Assembly (NCBI GenBank): GCA_003971905.1 | Contig: RSEE01000005.1 | Location: 868,001-932,000, forward strand | Reading direction: 5' to 3' | DNA: 64,000 nt | Source of the DNA: Moniliella sp. 'wahieum' | Lineage: Eukaryota | Shown: piece after piece, positions 50,943-64,000 of the stretch | How the letters are laid out: every line of letters begins with the position of its first letter | Position numbering within the stretch: position 1 is the stretch's first letter | Notes under the pieces: model-generated | The model's database searches: none | Told to the model about the DNA's origin: nothing | What the model saw: the letters and a program-made list of their open reading frames with translations, nothing else | Position numbers and translations under genes: made by a program

Positions 50943-53900
50943 ATGATGCGTCTGCTACCTGCGCACGCCCCCATCCGCGCGTCGTCGCCATGGCGATTGG
51001 GCTCGTGCGCACGCTTCAGCACCACCGCCCGCCGTTGCGCATCCGACACTGCCCCACCTGCCCCTGCCCCCGCCGCCACCCACGCCTACAACCACACCGT
51101 GGCCCTCCCCAAGACCCTGTTCCCGCTTCGGGCCGATGCCAGCCGGCGCGAACAGCTCTTCCGGCCCCGCACCACCACGCAGCTCTACGAGCGCCAGTGG
51201 GCCCGCTGGGATGCGGCCGGTCGCGCCGCGTCCGACGTCTTTGTCCTGCACGACGGTCCTCCCTACGCCAACGGCGATCTGCACATGGGCCATGCCCTCA
51301 ACAAGATCCTCAAGGACATCATCAACCGCTACCAACTCCTCGCCGGCCGCACGGTCCACTATGTACCCGGGTGGGACTGCCATGGGCTTCCGATCGAGCT
51401 CAAGGCACTCACAGAGCTCGGCATGCAACATGTCCAGGCACAACAGGCTGCTGCTGCCGCTACGCGCAAGAACCCTGCTGCTGGTGCTGCGCAGCCCGTC
51501 GACCGCGCGCAGGCCAAGGCCTTTAAGGCCGCCTCCAAGGGCGACAAGGCGGCCCAGGCCAAGATGGCCCAAGCGGCGGCTGCAGGCATGGACCCGCTCT
51601 CCATTCGCCGGGTCGCCCGGCAAAAGGCCGAGGGTGCTGTGGCTGCGCAGCGCGAGCAGTTTGAGGACCTGGGCATCCTCGCTGGCTGGGGGCTTGGGTC
51701 CGGTATGGCCGCACGTCCGGGGGAAAACGTGGTGGACAAGCTGCGGCAGGGCGGGGGCGTGTACCGCACTCTTGAACCGGCTTACGAGGGGGCCCAGCTC
51801 GAGGTGTTTGCCCGCATGGTCGATCGCGGCCTGGTCTATCGCGCGGAGCGGCCGACCTACTGGTCGCCTTCGTCGGGCACGGCGCTGGCCGAAGCTGAGC
51901 TCGAGTATGCAGACCGCCCTGCCGCAGCCTATGTCCGCTTCCCCCTGCACACGCTCAGTCAGGCCCTGCGCGATGCGCTGGCCAATGTGCCCCTCACGCC
52001 CGAGGGCGCCGAGGCCGCGCGGTATCTGCTCAAAGCTGGGCCCGGTAAGGGGTCCAATTTGGTCGTGTGGACCACTACTCCATGGACGCTGCCGGCCAAC
52101 ATGGCTGTGGCGGTGCACCCCGACTTGGAGTATGCTCTTGTCCGCTCCTCCTCGGGCGCACTCGACTGGGTCGCTACCGACCGGCTCGACGCCGTGGGCT
52201 CGCTTCTTGCCCCCCGCGCCGCGGATGGGACGGCCGAGGCTGAGGCGCGACAGAAGCAGACACAGCAACAGAGGCCCAGCCTACTGTCCTTCTTGTCCTG
52301 CCCGGACACACGCTTGTCGGAAGCACCTATACCCAGCCTTTCCTCCGCCCCGAGACGGCGACGGCCGCCGAGGGACAGGCGGCTATCGTCTCTGCCCCCT
52401 GGGTGTCGGCCACGAGCGGAACGGGATTGGTGCATTGCGCGCCGGCCCACGGCGCAGAGGACTACGACCTGCTCCGGGCCAAGGGCATTGCCGGGCCTGG
52501 GCTTCCGCGCGGACTCTTCTCGCCTGTGAATGGGGAGGGCAGGTACGCACCCTCGCTCGCGATTGACCCGCCCGCCCTGACGGGCGGCGAGGTGCAAACT
52601 GCCGACCTGGTTGGGCTCGACGTTTTGACCCAAGGAAACCAGGCGGTTCTCACCAAGCTGCAAGCTGCGCCTGCCGCCGCCTTGCCCACCGAAAGCAGCA
52701 CTCTTGTCCCGATCCTCGTCCACTCGCACACCATCGATCATCGCGAGCCAACAGATTGGCGGACGGGGGGGCCTGTGCTCACTCGTGCTACAACACAGTG
52801 GTTTACCGACCTGGGTCCGCTCCAAGACGCCGCGTTGAATGCCATCGGCCAAGACGGTGCTCAGGCCGGGCCCCAACAGGGCGGGCACGCGCTTCGTTGC
52901 ATCCCGCCCGCTGGGCGCTCGCGTCTACGTGCCCACGTTCGTGGCCGTGCGGAATGGTGCATCTCTCGTCAACGCGCGTGGGGCGTGCCGATCCCCGCTG
53001 TATATGCCCCCGACGGTTCGGTCATCCTGACCGGCGCCAACGTACGGCACATTGCTTCGGTTTTGCGTCAGCGGGGCGCCGATGCTGGTGGACCGACCCA
53101 GCTGAAGACTTTGTTCTGCCCGAGTTGAGGGTAGCTCATGGCCAAGGCCCGAACCCCTGGGCGACCGGCCGGGATACACTCGACGTTTGGTTCGACTCGG
53201 GTGCCTCGTGGGCGCACTTGCAAAGCAATTTGCTCAAGCCCCTTGGCGAGGAGCTGGCCGCGCGCCAACCTGTAGCCGATGTGTACCTCGAAGGCTCAGA
53301 CCAACACCGTGGATGGTTCCAGTCAGCGCTCCTGACTGCCGTTGCGGCCTCGGATGCCCCCGATAACGGCAGTTCCCCGCTGCCAGAGGTGAGCGCCGAT
53401 GGCAAGTTCCACGGCCGGGCGGCGGCGCCGTACGGGACACTGATCACGCACGGTATGGTGGTCGACCCTCGGGCCGCAAAATGAGCAAGTCGATCGGGAA
53501 TGTGTTGGCGCCGCAGACGGTCTTGCGTGGCGGAAAAGCGCCAGACGGGATCATCCCACCGTTGGGGGCAGATGTGCTTCGCTTTTGGGCTGCCCGTACC
53601 GACACTTCTCGTGACGCTCCGGTGGGAAAGACAATCCTTACTCAGTCAGCCGAAGGGTTGCGCCGATTGCGCAACGTGACGCGTTTCCTCCTCCAACCTG
53701 CGGGGGCACCCGGGTCACGGTCCGTTTGCCCCCCTGGGCGAACGGCAAGTCCAACAAAAGCCTCCGGGGGATGTGGTGGCGCAGATGCAAGTGTCCGAAC
53801 ATCTCCTTCTTTCCCAGCTGCATTCAGCGATCGAGGAAATGAACGAGGCGTATGCGGCCAACGACTTTAGCTTGGCGGCGCGCAAACTCAGTGACTTGGC

Positions 53901-54729
53901 CACGGGACCGCTCAGTGGTCTCTACCTTGACTCAGCCAAGGACGCGCTGTACACCGACCCGCTCCACGGACCCCGCCGCACTGCCATCTTGGCCACGATG
54001 GAAATTGCGTTCCGCTCCCTCTTGAGTGCGCTCGCTCCCATTGCGCCTCACCTTGCCGAGGAAGCGTTCGAATTCCGTCGTCGTGAGACGGAGGGCTATC
54101 TTGGCCTGCCGCCCATCCCGACAGATGCCGCTGAGGGGGACACGCGCATCGAGGGCAGCCTGTTTGATCTGGGATGGCAACCCGTCCCGCCCGTGTGGAG
54201 CAAGGCGCGTGCCGAACAGGGCGAACGCCTGCTCTCGCTCCGGACGGACCTGTTGAGCGTCATCGAGACGGCCCGCGCCAGGGGTTGCTTGGCACAGCGC
54301 TCGAGGCTGATGTGGCGTTTGTCGTGCCGGCCGAGGGGGCTGACGTGGAACTAACCAAGGCGTTGGAAGAGAATCGTACGTGCCCCCCCCCCCCACCCCC
54401 ACCCCTTGTGTTGAGCTTGTAGGCTGACCTTCTTCCCCTCCCCTCCCCACAGAAGCCGACCTGGCACGGTTTATGAATGTATCCCGTGTCTTCCTACCCC
54501 ACATTTCCTCTACGCCCGTCTCCACCACGGGAGGGAGTACGGGCACGACGGTGGACGCTCCTCTCTTGGCTGAACCGTCGTGGACCGAGGGGGGGAGCAC
54601 CTGGGCATTCAAATCCGTCTCGCTATGCCCGCTCTGAGCAAGTGTCCGCGTTGCTGGAGCTTCACGCGAGAGGAAACTGCCGACTTGTGTCCACGGTGCG
54701 GTGAGGTGGTGGCGCATCACGCGCACTAA
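50943..54729 (+). CDS. ISM1: Mitochondrial isoleucyl-tRNA synthetase, intron ~54376-54452
   Basis: Arg/Ser-rich presequence, [73 protein letters not shown] and C-terminal CPRCW...CPRC. Confidence 0.96.
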
Positions 54730-54820
54730 AGCTAGACCTATACAATCAATCCTACACTGCTGTTATTGTCGTTCCCTTTAGGCATGGCGGAAGAGGGAAA
54801 AGATATGAAACCCGGTTGCA

Positions 54821-57473
54821 TTACGTGTCGCTTACCAACGGGGCATCGAACACCACCCGTGCCACATGTTCGGCCCTCCGTGCACCAGGCGCTAGGAGCC
54901 CCATATCATGTAGAGCAGTGAGGGAAGTGGCAAAGCGGGCTTGGATCTCTTGCTCCGCCGCGGCGGGCTCAACTTCTTGTCTGTGCCAGTGCACCTCCTG
55001 GCTCTGGCTCGGACAATGGCGAACTGGACAAGTCTTCCTCCTGCGTTTCGGCCGGGGCAAGAGGCGCGGTCTCCGTCCAAACCCCCTCGCTTGTGGTCGC
55101 CGGAACACGCTGGGAAAATACACCCCACCAATCGGCGAGCGAAGCAAGCCGAGGTTGCTCCGCCATGAGTTGGTAGGCAACCGCCATATCTGGCTGAATG
55201 CGTGCCGAAGCAGCCTGCAAAAGAAAGGTGCGCAACTGGTGGACCAACTGCTTGTCTGCCTTAGGATCCGATGCAATTCGATCCAGCGATGCAGCAAGTG
55301 CCAGTTCAGGAAGCTCCAGCGCCAGCTGTACATCCGTCCTTGGCGAAGGCAGCAGCCGTCGCCGGGCATCATTAACAGCCGCGGCAGATGGCAGCCAGGC
55401 ATCGGCCAAGGGGATACAGGTGGCCGGTACTTGAAGCAGATTCCTAGTTCACAAAGGTTAGTTTTTCATGTGTGTGCTCGAGCCCAGTTTTCAGCTTTCG
55501 CATTGTGAGGCGCGTCACATACAGAAACATCTCGCCCACCCAATTTGCGGCCTTGGCCAAGGCCTGCTCTTGTTGCAACACTTTCTCGCCATCAAGAGGA
55601 CCCACATCTTGGTCCACGAACGGATCAAGGGAAGCAATCAGAAAACGTGTCCTATCACCTTGAGCGGTCGATTGAAGCGTATGGGCCAAAGGCAATGTCC
55701 CAGTGGACGAACGCAGTCGGGATAGGTTGGACTCGTCATTTCCTCCCAATGGAAACGGTCGTTTCAGATCTTCCACCGCCTCTGAAGCATCACTCTGCAG
55801 CTTAGCCAACGCCCATTGCGCACTCCGAGGCGAGGCCGAGCACAGCGCGCTCTTGGCTTTGTTCACGTACGGTTCCAGTGTCCGCCATGAAGGCGCCAGA
55901 GATGCAATCAAGATTGACAGTACCAGGCCACGGTCGTCCCCAGATGTGCCAACTTGATCCGCACGGGGGTCCTTCTTGGCGTCCTCATGTTTTTCTGACT
56001 CTTTGAGGGACCGGGTGAAGCCAGCTAGCAATTTAGCAGCCCAAGCACGATGCGCCAGGGCGGGGTACACGACAGAGGCCGTATGCACAAGGTACCGCAT
56101 CAAACTCCCCTGCGCTGCTGCCAAATCCGTATCGCTTTCGCCTTCTTTTGATTCAGAAGACAATGAAGGCACCAACGTTCTGCCGGATTCCAGCAACCAA
56201 TCGCGTTCCGATTGGTGCACCGCCTTCAAGGCGTGAGGGGCGGTCTCCTCAGGCTCTAATGTGTTTTGAGACACGACGCAACGGGCAAGAGCCACGCCGT
56301 ACGCTTCGGGTGTCCACATATAGCACTGCGGCTCATTCTCTTTCTCCTCTTGTTCCATTCCCCTGGGGGTAAGGAGTGCCGTAAAAGGATCCGAAGTGAA
56401 GTGACTCTGAAGAACCAAGACCAGAGCGGCGGCCGCTCGTGACAGAACCTGACCGGGCGGTGCCAACTGCACGAATGCTTGGACGAGCTGGATGGCAGAG
56501 TGGGAAAGCGCAACACTCAAATCTTCGGGGTTTGAATGAGGGGGCGTGTGGTAGACGCGTGATGTAGCTTGTTCCGTTTGGGGGGGGGCTGAGCAGCTGC
56601 TTGTCTAGGGGGAGGGGTAGATAAGGTTGCTCCAACCCCAACAAATAGGCCAGGAAGAGGTCAACCTCCTGCTGCGCCGTGATCCGGGGAGTGAAGTGGA
56701 TACTCCTCGCTTTGGTTCGCAGTTGGATCGGAGAGGCAAGCCAGCGTTCTTTGGTAGGACAAACGGCAAGCAGAACGATGGCCGGCGGAATATCGTACAC
56801 ATCCGTCGGGGAGGCCAGAGCTTCTTGCAAGCTGAACACCACGTCGGCAATAGGCTGGTCAAGGCAAGGACATAACAAAACAAATGGTGACACCTCCTCA
56901 ACGCCAGATGCCTGCATGGCGTCGGGTAGGACGCTCAAATCCCCGGCGGCAAGGGCCTTGATGGCATCTTCATCGCTTACCCCGTCCAGGGGTGGGAAAA
57001 ATGTGGCAAGTGTGTACCCACGGAGGCCAACAGCGATGCTCTCGCCATCCCCCCTCCGCCTGGAGCCGTAGATGGCTGGGGTGGAGTAGGGATCCGCGCC
57101 AATGTGGCATGTTCCAGGGCAGTGGCTACGTTGTTGAGTATCCCGGCATGGGGGAAGAGGACTGCATGGATCCCACCGTCCGTCTGGCCGAGGGGCACGG
57201 ATGGCTCAGGCTTCGCATCCACGACATCCTGGACGAGGTGCTGGGTGGGCTTAGAAGGTGGTTCTGGGCATGGAGCGCGGCTCGTTGGATGCGTCGTTGA
57301 AGCGTGCGAAAGTGTGCGTGCCGGCGGGCGGCGGCGGCGGCTTCCTCTGTCGGGAGCGGGGGCCACGCCCGGTCGATCTGTTGGTGGGGAGGAGCATGCT
57401 TGCGTTTTCCTCTGCGCGCAGGAGGCGGTAGCAGAGACTCTACCGCAGACGTGCGCGAGCTGGGGAACGACAT
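54821..57473 (-). CDS. ORC3: Origin recognition complex subunit 3 (start approximate)
   Basis: C-terminal winged-helix pattern QPDMAVAYQL...SLADWWGVF...EIQARFATSLTALHDMGLL...HVARVVF. Length fits Orc3. Confidence 0.7.
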
Positions 57474-57712
57474 GGCCGCCCTGGGGCGATGGTGGTGGTG
57501 GTGGTGTTAGTGAGTTGATCACGTTGATCTTCTCGTTCTCCTCAAAGTTGCAAATAAAATGGTAGTGTTTATAAACGCGACTAGTACGCCGGTGGAACTG
57601 CAGTGGTACCGGGTATCACTACGGTGCTACTGGATATTTTTCTCGTTTAGTTTCGCCAACCAGTGTCCGCTGTATATGACAGTCGATAATGTGCATTGCC
57701 ATTTCCACATTT

Positions 57713-59450
57713 TCAGCTCGAGCTGGACGGCGCTAGGCCCCGCAGCGCCGGCGCCAAACGGGCCAGAGCAATGAGGACAGCTTCTTCGGTGCGGATGGTA
57801 CGCGAGCCTTGGTCTTCCGCCACGTTAATCCACGCATCGAATAGCTGGTGTGCTTGCCCCGCAGGCAAAGGGATACCCTCGTCGTGTTCCACCGCCACCT
57901 CCAGTCCAGCCACGCCACCAAAGACGATCAGAGCATGCTGGAAGGGCCGCAGAGCAACAGCCTCGTCTGCAGCAGGTGGTTCTGCGCCAGGCACAACCCC
58001 GACCGAAGCGGCCGCCTCGGGCTGGGAAGCAAATGTTGCTCAACACTTGAGTCAAAGCCGCCCCTCGCTCCGAGGTGCCGATGACCAGGTCGTACGCATC
58101 CACACCCGTTCGTCGGGAGCGGGGACAAAGGTGGAAGACTTGAACACATCCGCCAGTGAGGGGGCGAAACGAATGGCATAGCCCCAGTACGTTCCGTCTT
58201 CTTGCGTTGGTGTCGAACGAGGAACCAAGGTGGCTTCTTGGGTTACTGCTCCACTCATCCGGTGCTTTTGTCAATAGGCATGCGAACCGTAACCCTCGTC
58301 CCGGCTTCCAGAGAGCCACGAGTGCCGTCCTCGTTGAGAGGGGGGATGACGTGCACTGGGTCCCACAGCCCAACATCTACATCCCACGATCCCTTCACTC
58401 CGCGGTTGCGCCCTCCCTTGGGAGATGGTCCGATAATAACTCCCTCTCGGAACGAGCGTCGTCGTCCCGGCGCACGTGGGCGGGTAAGTCCAATGGAGGT
58501 AACAGCCCTGCCAAACGCAGATCAGGGTGCATAGGAGTCAAGGCTCTGCGGAGATACTGTGGAATCTCGAGGTAGGACAGAGACGGATCATAAACTGATC
58601 AGGATCGAACTCAGACTTGCTCGCATCCTCCTCCGTAGCAGTGTCCATGCTTCGGTCGCCATGCCGGCCACCAAACCCACCACGAAATCCTCCTCGGCCA
58701 CCACGTACAGGGCGGCCTCCCCGCGGCGGAGGCATAGCAGGAGGTGGAGACGCGTCGTGCCACACTACAATCTCGTCAATGTTGAAGATAGCTGCTGCAC
58801 GGGCAATGTGAGCGACCAGGCGAGCACGTAACTCGGGCGACTGGGCATTGAGAACAACGCTGCCAGGAACAGCCAAGGATACGGTCTGTCCGGAACGGCC
58901 AAGAGTGTGGTGAGTGCCCACTGCCGAGGGCTTGTAAGGGTTGTTCTGAGCGAAGAACTCGGCACCCTCGCTCTGGCTATTAGACGTGGATACTTCGTCC
59001 GCGAACTTGACCGTCCGGGGCCGCGCAGGCTCGTGCTCTTTTGCCTTTGGTACAGCATCAGGGGGGCTGAGGCGCCTTGGAGGGGACAGCAATGTTAAGG
59101 GAAATGTCGTCGGTCGGCAGGGATGCTGTCCCAGAATGACGCACTTTCACCCGATTCCTCCGTAGCAGGAGGTGCGTCATCGGAAGATGGGGCGATGGAT
59201 GCGGAATGAGAGCGCTTGCGAGAGAGGGCGGGCTTGAGAGCGGGTTTGGCGAGCGAAGCAGGACTGGTTGGGCCGGAAGGGGGCGCCGCAGCGGGTGCAG
59301 GTTGCTCGACGGCAGCGACCGACGCATCAACCGCAGGTGCAGGGGACTAGCCACCGACACATCGCCCTCGGTGTCCTGGTCGGTCCCGTTCTTCTTGCCG
59401 CGCGAGCGACGGCGGCGTTTGCGGGGAGCGTCTGCGCCAGCGTGATCCAT
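57713..59450 (-). CDS. SPOUT-family methyltransferase (SPOUT1/C9orf114/DUF171-like)
   Basis: TVSLAVPGSVVLNAQ...IARAAAIFNIDEIVV, GTYWGYAIR, LVIGTSERG, ALIVFGG and QGSRTIRTEEAVLIAL. Confidence 0.92.
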
Positions 59451-60068
59451 GGTGGGTGGGACGGAAGCAGGATGAGTCTCCTCAGGCCGCACTAACACTC
59501 GAGTCGTTCCCCCTCTTCTTTGGTGAAAGGGAGCGTTGGCTGCCAAAAAAATCGATCGGTGCAAGCAGGCAGCGGGCCATAGACTGGGCAAGGTAGGGTT
59601 GCTATTGGCAGCCTCCAAAATTTGTGAGGTCCCCATCACCATCGCACATCACAGGTGACGCGTGATGCATGATGCCTCTTCTTTCTGTCAACTCAATGTG
59701 ACCGGCGACCGGTGACCGGTGACCATTAATGAGGAGAGTAATGTCGCGAGAGGGTTGCCAGCTGAAGCTCTGAAGTTCGCGAAGCCGAAGGAGGTAGTGG
59801 CGACCGCGGTGGCGTTGTCGGAGCACCAAGATCGCCAGCCAACCACATGGACGGGTGTTGGAAGCGGGCGGGACTTTTGGACACGTAATGCGCTGCGGTG
59901 CCACAGGGGCTGGCAGCAGTACTAGAACGCACAGACCACCCGCCCACTGGCGCGGTGCCTCCCGACAGCCCCCACCCATAAGATCTAAGAAGCGTCTGGA
60001 CGGGTCCGCTGATCGATCGGTCGGCGCTGAGCCGTGCTGACATCCAGCCGGCCTCATCTACGCTTGCA

Positions 60069-61124
60069 ATGACACCAGGGTTGGAATCGCGCCGGCCTCC
60101 GCTAACCCCTGTCACCATCCCCCGTCCCCTCCACGCCCATGACCACTCTCACCCTCGGTCCCGACTTTTCGCCACAGGTGGGCACCATTGGCAGGAGCCA
60201 GCCGCACTGTCCAAGCTCGTCGCCGACACGTTTGACGACTCATCCCATCCCGCTGGCCAGCAGCCCCCTGGATACCACCTCGCCCTCCAGCTCGCCGACA
60301 AGGTCATTCTTGCTGTCCAGGCTGATCCAGGCAAGGCGGATGAGATCCTGGACTGGCTGTTGGCTGCAACCTCGGGTCCTCACCGGGGCGGGCCCGAGAG
60401 TTTGGACGGGTGGGCGCATGACTCGTACATCGGTCCTGCATGGCAAGGTCCGTCTCCCTCGCGCCTGCGTCCAAGCAATGGTCGTCAGGCCTACGTTGTC
60501 GAGCACGTGCTTGCCCGCTACAAGGCCATCTGGGACGATATGGACCATGTCACCTCCGAACCCCTGGACTGGGACACCCCCGAGGGGCCGAGCAAGCGGC
60601 TGGCCCAGGCACGACTCATCCTGGGTCCCACCCTGTTACTCGGCTACCTGTTACCATGGACCCCTTCCGCGCCCAGGCATGGGATGCGGTCCAAGACATC
60701 ATTCGCCGAGTGGGCATGACCCCAGGGAGTCACTCGACGGGGGGGTATTTGGCTTTAGCTGCCATCATCGAGACCGCGGCGCCTGCGTGGACGAATGGAC
60801 CCACCCGGCCCCCGACGGTGAAGGTGTCTTTGGCTGGGGCACCCACTGGCTCGAAATTTATGGACGGTGCAGAACCCCTACCAACGGTGGACCTTCCGTT
60901 CGGCTTGCCACTTCACGGCCTCGCGCGACTGGCGGCCGTCACCCAAGCACATGGACCACATGCCTAAGCCCGTCCGCCGCCTCTTTAATGACATTTCTGC
61001 TTTGGCCCAACGCTGGGCCCAGGCTGGTTCGCTACGCCATTCGTCCTTTGGCTACCCCCCCGCCCTCACGAGTTTGGGTGCAATGGAGAAGTATGGCTGG
61101 TTTCTTCAAGAAGACGATGCTTGA
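60069..61124 (+). CDS. Hypothetical helical protein, possibly a divergent stand-alone MIF4G domain
   Basis: Chained ORFs. Helix pattern YVVEHVLARYKAIWD, ILGPTLLLGYL, LALAAIIETAA and VRRLFNDISALAQRW resembles MIF4G HEAT repeats by eye. Confidence 0.5.
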
Positions 61125-61619
61125 AGAGCCAGAGGAGGCAAGCCATTGCCCGGCTTGTTGTACCTTCCTCAAAACCTGTGGGGCATATGTCGTGAGTAAA
61201 TGAGTGTTGGTAGCAGTGGGGTCTACGGCGCTCCTACCACCAGGGGTCCGTTTGTGCATTAGCGCTTAGCTCTCCAAGAACTCCCTTATGGAACTTCACA
61301 CGAACCTCGTAAAGAGGGTAGGCTGGCCTACGGGCTGGCCCCCACAATCTTAGTTCTGCCCTGTCTGTTCTACATTTAGTCCGAGCGTGGGGGTATGGCC
61401 AGTATAGTGGGGTCCAAAACCCGCCACACGCTCTGCTTCAAGCTTCAACACGTCTGTTTCTCTTTTTTTGTGGGTAATCCCCCCACCTGTTGCCCCAGAC
61501 ATCTGCGGGGTGTTGTCAACATCATCATCAACCACAACCCAATGAAAAAGGCCTTTTCTTCGGGACACCATGGTGATCCATATTTCTATCTCTTTTTGTA
61601 GAGGGAGGGAAGTATCTCT

Positions 61620-61658
61620 GTGCCTTGCCTTGCCTTGCTTGCCTTGCCTTGCCTTGCC
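61620..61658. repeat. (TTGCC)n microsatellite
   Basis: About 7 units. Confidence 0.85.
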
Positions 61659-63150
61659 ATGCCTGTGTTCGGTTGGGGCAGAAGCCGTGAGGGGTTCCAC
61701 TTGCATAATAGCAGCTACATGTAGTGGAACCACAGCTTTCGCTAGCAATAAATGTGGTTAAGACCCGCCTCAGGCACATCGAGATAACTACGAGTCGATG
61801 AGGCCCTTTGAGAGTACATATGTGTACTCATGCTGACATGCGTTGTGATGGTCACAGCTCTACAACACATTTGGGGTCGACGCAAAGCCCAGTGTGTTGA
61901 TCTGTATAGAGACAACGGATGGGTGCTGTGGCGGCGTGCCCCGACGAAGCGCCGCTGCTATTGTGGGGGAGAGACTGCCAGGGTGGGGGACAGCAGGGGG
62001 AAACGCATCGAAGGTAGTGCTACATGGCCAGAAATCTGAAGCTTCAAGCTTAGCGCTTATTGGCGCTTTGAAGAGGCGGCCCGTCTGAGATGAACTCTAT
62101 TGAGCAGGACAAAGAGAGGGGGAGGCAGTAGCGGACAACTCTGCCGTCACTCCGCCGGCTGAGCTCAGCCTGCGGGAGGATATGTCCTGTAGTAGTGGTC
62201 AGCAGAATTGTGGTTGCGCTTATAACCGACCTATTTCCTCGTCTTCACCCTTGGCAGTCACTCTTCCTTGTCCTCTCTCCACACTGGCCGAAAGGGCCGA
62301 CGCCACAAATGTTGGGGGCCACGTAGACACTTCTCATCAGCATCAGCCTTCAAGCTGCTCAGCGCGCTCAGCCAGCTTCACATGAAGCTTGAAGCTTGAA
62401 GAGGCTCCACAGCCGCCGGGAGGAGAATGTGTGTCTGACGACGTTCAGCGTTTTCCCCACTTTCCTCCGACAGACCCACAAGTCGAGGGGTTCAGGGGCT
62501 AGTGTGGACCAAACACTGGCGTATGCATGCATATCATCATGCTCCCCCATTAGGCTGACCTCAGGTCTGTGATGCCGCCGGGATGGGGGAGCAGCAGGTA
62601 GCACAACTACGGGACGGTGCCTGAAATACAAATGGCTAGCAGATGCACTGCTGTGGCGTGTATACCTGCTGAGCTGAGCGATGGTCCGGCCTCCCCCGGC
62701 CTGAGCCTCAGGTCTCACCGCACCAGGCAATATATATCCGCGCCGCCACAGGGACTTCAAGCTCACAGGCTCAGACTCAGGCCCTGTCCGGCTCGCTCTC
62801 ACTTGGGTCATATATTCAATGCCAACAGATTTAATTGTCAGCGCTGTCCTCAACTTTTACTACGCCTTGTCCCAGCCTGCTTCTACTGCACTCATCGATC
62901 ATCGATCATCACTAATCCCGCCGGGTGTCTGTACTGCTGTGCCTCGTGTGGAGCTTGCCGCGCCCCCCACATCTGTTTCCCCTTCAGTGAACCTTGAACA
63001 GCCGTTCCTGGGTCTTCGTTAGTTTGTATATCAGTACCGGTCTTCTATAGTATCAGCTCTTAACGTGTTAACCACACCCGCAGGTTCCTTTATCACCACC
63101 ACCACAGCCGTGTTACGGTTGCATCCTACTTTTCTCAGGGCTATACCAGC

Positions 63151-64000
63151 ATGCCGCAGATCTTGCACTCCTTCCGCAACCAAAGGACGTCGCGTCCTCC
63201 CAGGACGGCCACGTGCCCGAAGGGTGAAGAGACCAAGCCGGGCTTGCCCTCCATATTTCGTGCCGTTACGCGTACATATCCCCTTTCTGTGCTCTCCCTT
63301 ATTGATGGTCTGCAGAGAGCGCGTGCTGATTTTAGTATACAGCTGGAGGGCACACCCTTGATACATCGCAACCGGCATTCCCCGTATTCCATCGGTACGC
63401 ACCTTCCGCCCTGCAGCCCCTCTTTCTCTGCAGCTGTTGTACCACAACAACCATAAACTAACTGTTGTTTATACCCCTCCCTCCACCAACAGGAAGTTCG
63501 CTTCTCCCTCGCCTCTTGGTCTTTTCGCCTTTGCCACCACCACCTTCATCCTCTCGCTTTTCAACGTGGGAGCTAGGGGTGTCAGTCACCCCAACCTGAT
63601 TGTTGCCCCTGCCCTGGCAACCGGAGGACTGGCACAGCTAATCGCCGGCATCTGGGAGTTCGCGTCGGGTATGTCCATTCGTTCATATCCTTTGTCTCCT
63701 ATTCACCGAATACGACAAGATGACGCTGACTCTCTTTTCTGTTGCGTTTGCCAATGCGCTTTTCTCTTCCTTCCTTTTCTACACAGGTAATACATTTGGC
63801 GCTACAGCCTTCTGCATGGTACGCATTCACTGTCCTGATAACCAACGCCATGGTAACATGCTGACTCTCATTGTCCACAGTACGGGAGCTTTTGGGTTGG
63901 GTTTGCCATCATCTTTATCCCTTGGTTTGGCATCCAAGGTGGCGTCCCCGCAGACGAACTGGATTCGAGCATTGGGATCTTCCTTGCCACCTGGTTCATC
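63151..64000 (+). CDS. GPR1/FUN34/YaaH (Ady2/SatP) acetate transporter, multi-intron, truncated by the window end
   Basis: KFASPSPLGLFAFATTTFILSL, GGLAQLIAGIWEFAS|GNTFGATAFC|YGSFW. Introns at ~63669-63786 and ~63819-63880. Start exon uncertain. Confidence 0.9.

Noticed and set aside
6459..64000. Frameshifts in nearly all genes as mass pseudogenisation or programmed frameshifting
   Set aside because: They hit essential genes (IleRS, ORC3, SEN34) uniformly while conserved motifs stay intact on both sides. This fits long-read indel error.

Overview
GC-rich eukaryotic (fungal) genomic DNA with few introns. Gene content and intron style suggest a basidiomycete, probably Ustilaginomycotina (inference). 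Almost every gene is broken by single-base frameshifts, which looks like uncorrected long-read error, so gene boundaries are approximate. Recognisable genes in order: class-3 lipase, IRE1, PH-domain oxysterol-binding protein, 6-phosphogluconolactonase, TBC Rab-GAP, PHO88/SND3, SUR2, SEN34, TSR2, HAD phosphatase, RSC9-like subunit, mitochondrial IleRS, ORC3, SPOUT methyltransferase, a MIF4G-like protein and a truncated GPR1/FUN34/YaaH transporter. There are four tRNA genes: Phe, Gln and Pro with introns, plus one with an atypical anticodon loop. Bases ~690-4170 hold a nest of degenerate LTR-retroelement sequence. A 2.4-kb element with a TCAGG target-site duplication sits inside a related repeat, whose uninterrupted copies are at 24.4-25.7 kb and 38.1-38.35 kb. 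The least explained part is 38.1-47.1 kb, with three orphan genes and a ~230-nt multi-arm structured-RNA candidate at 39438-39665.
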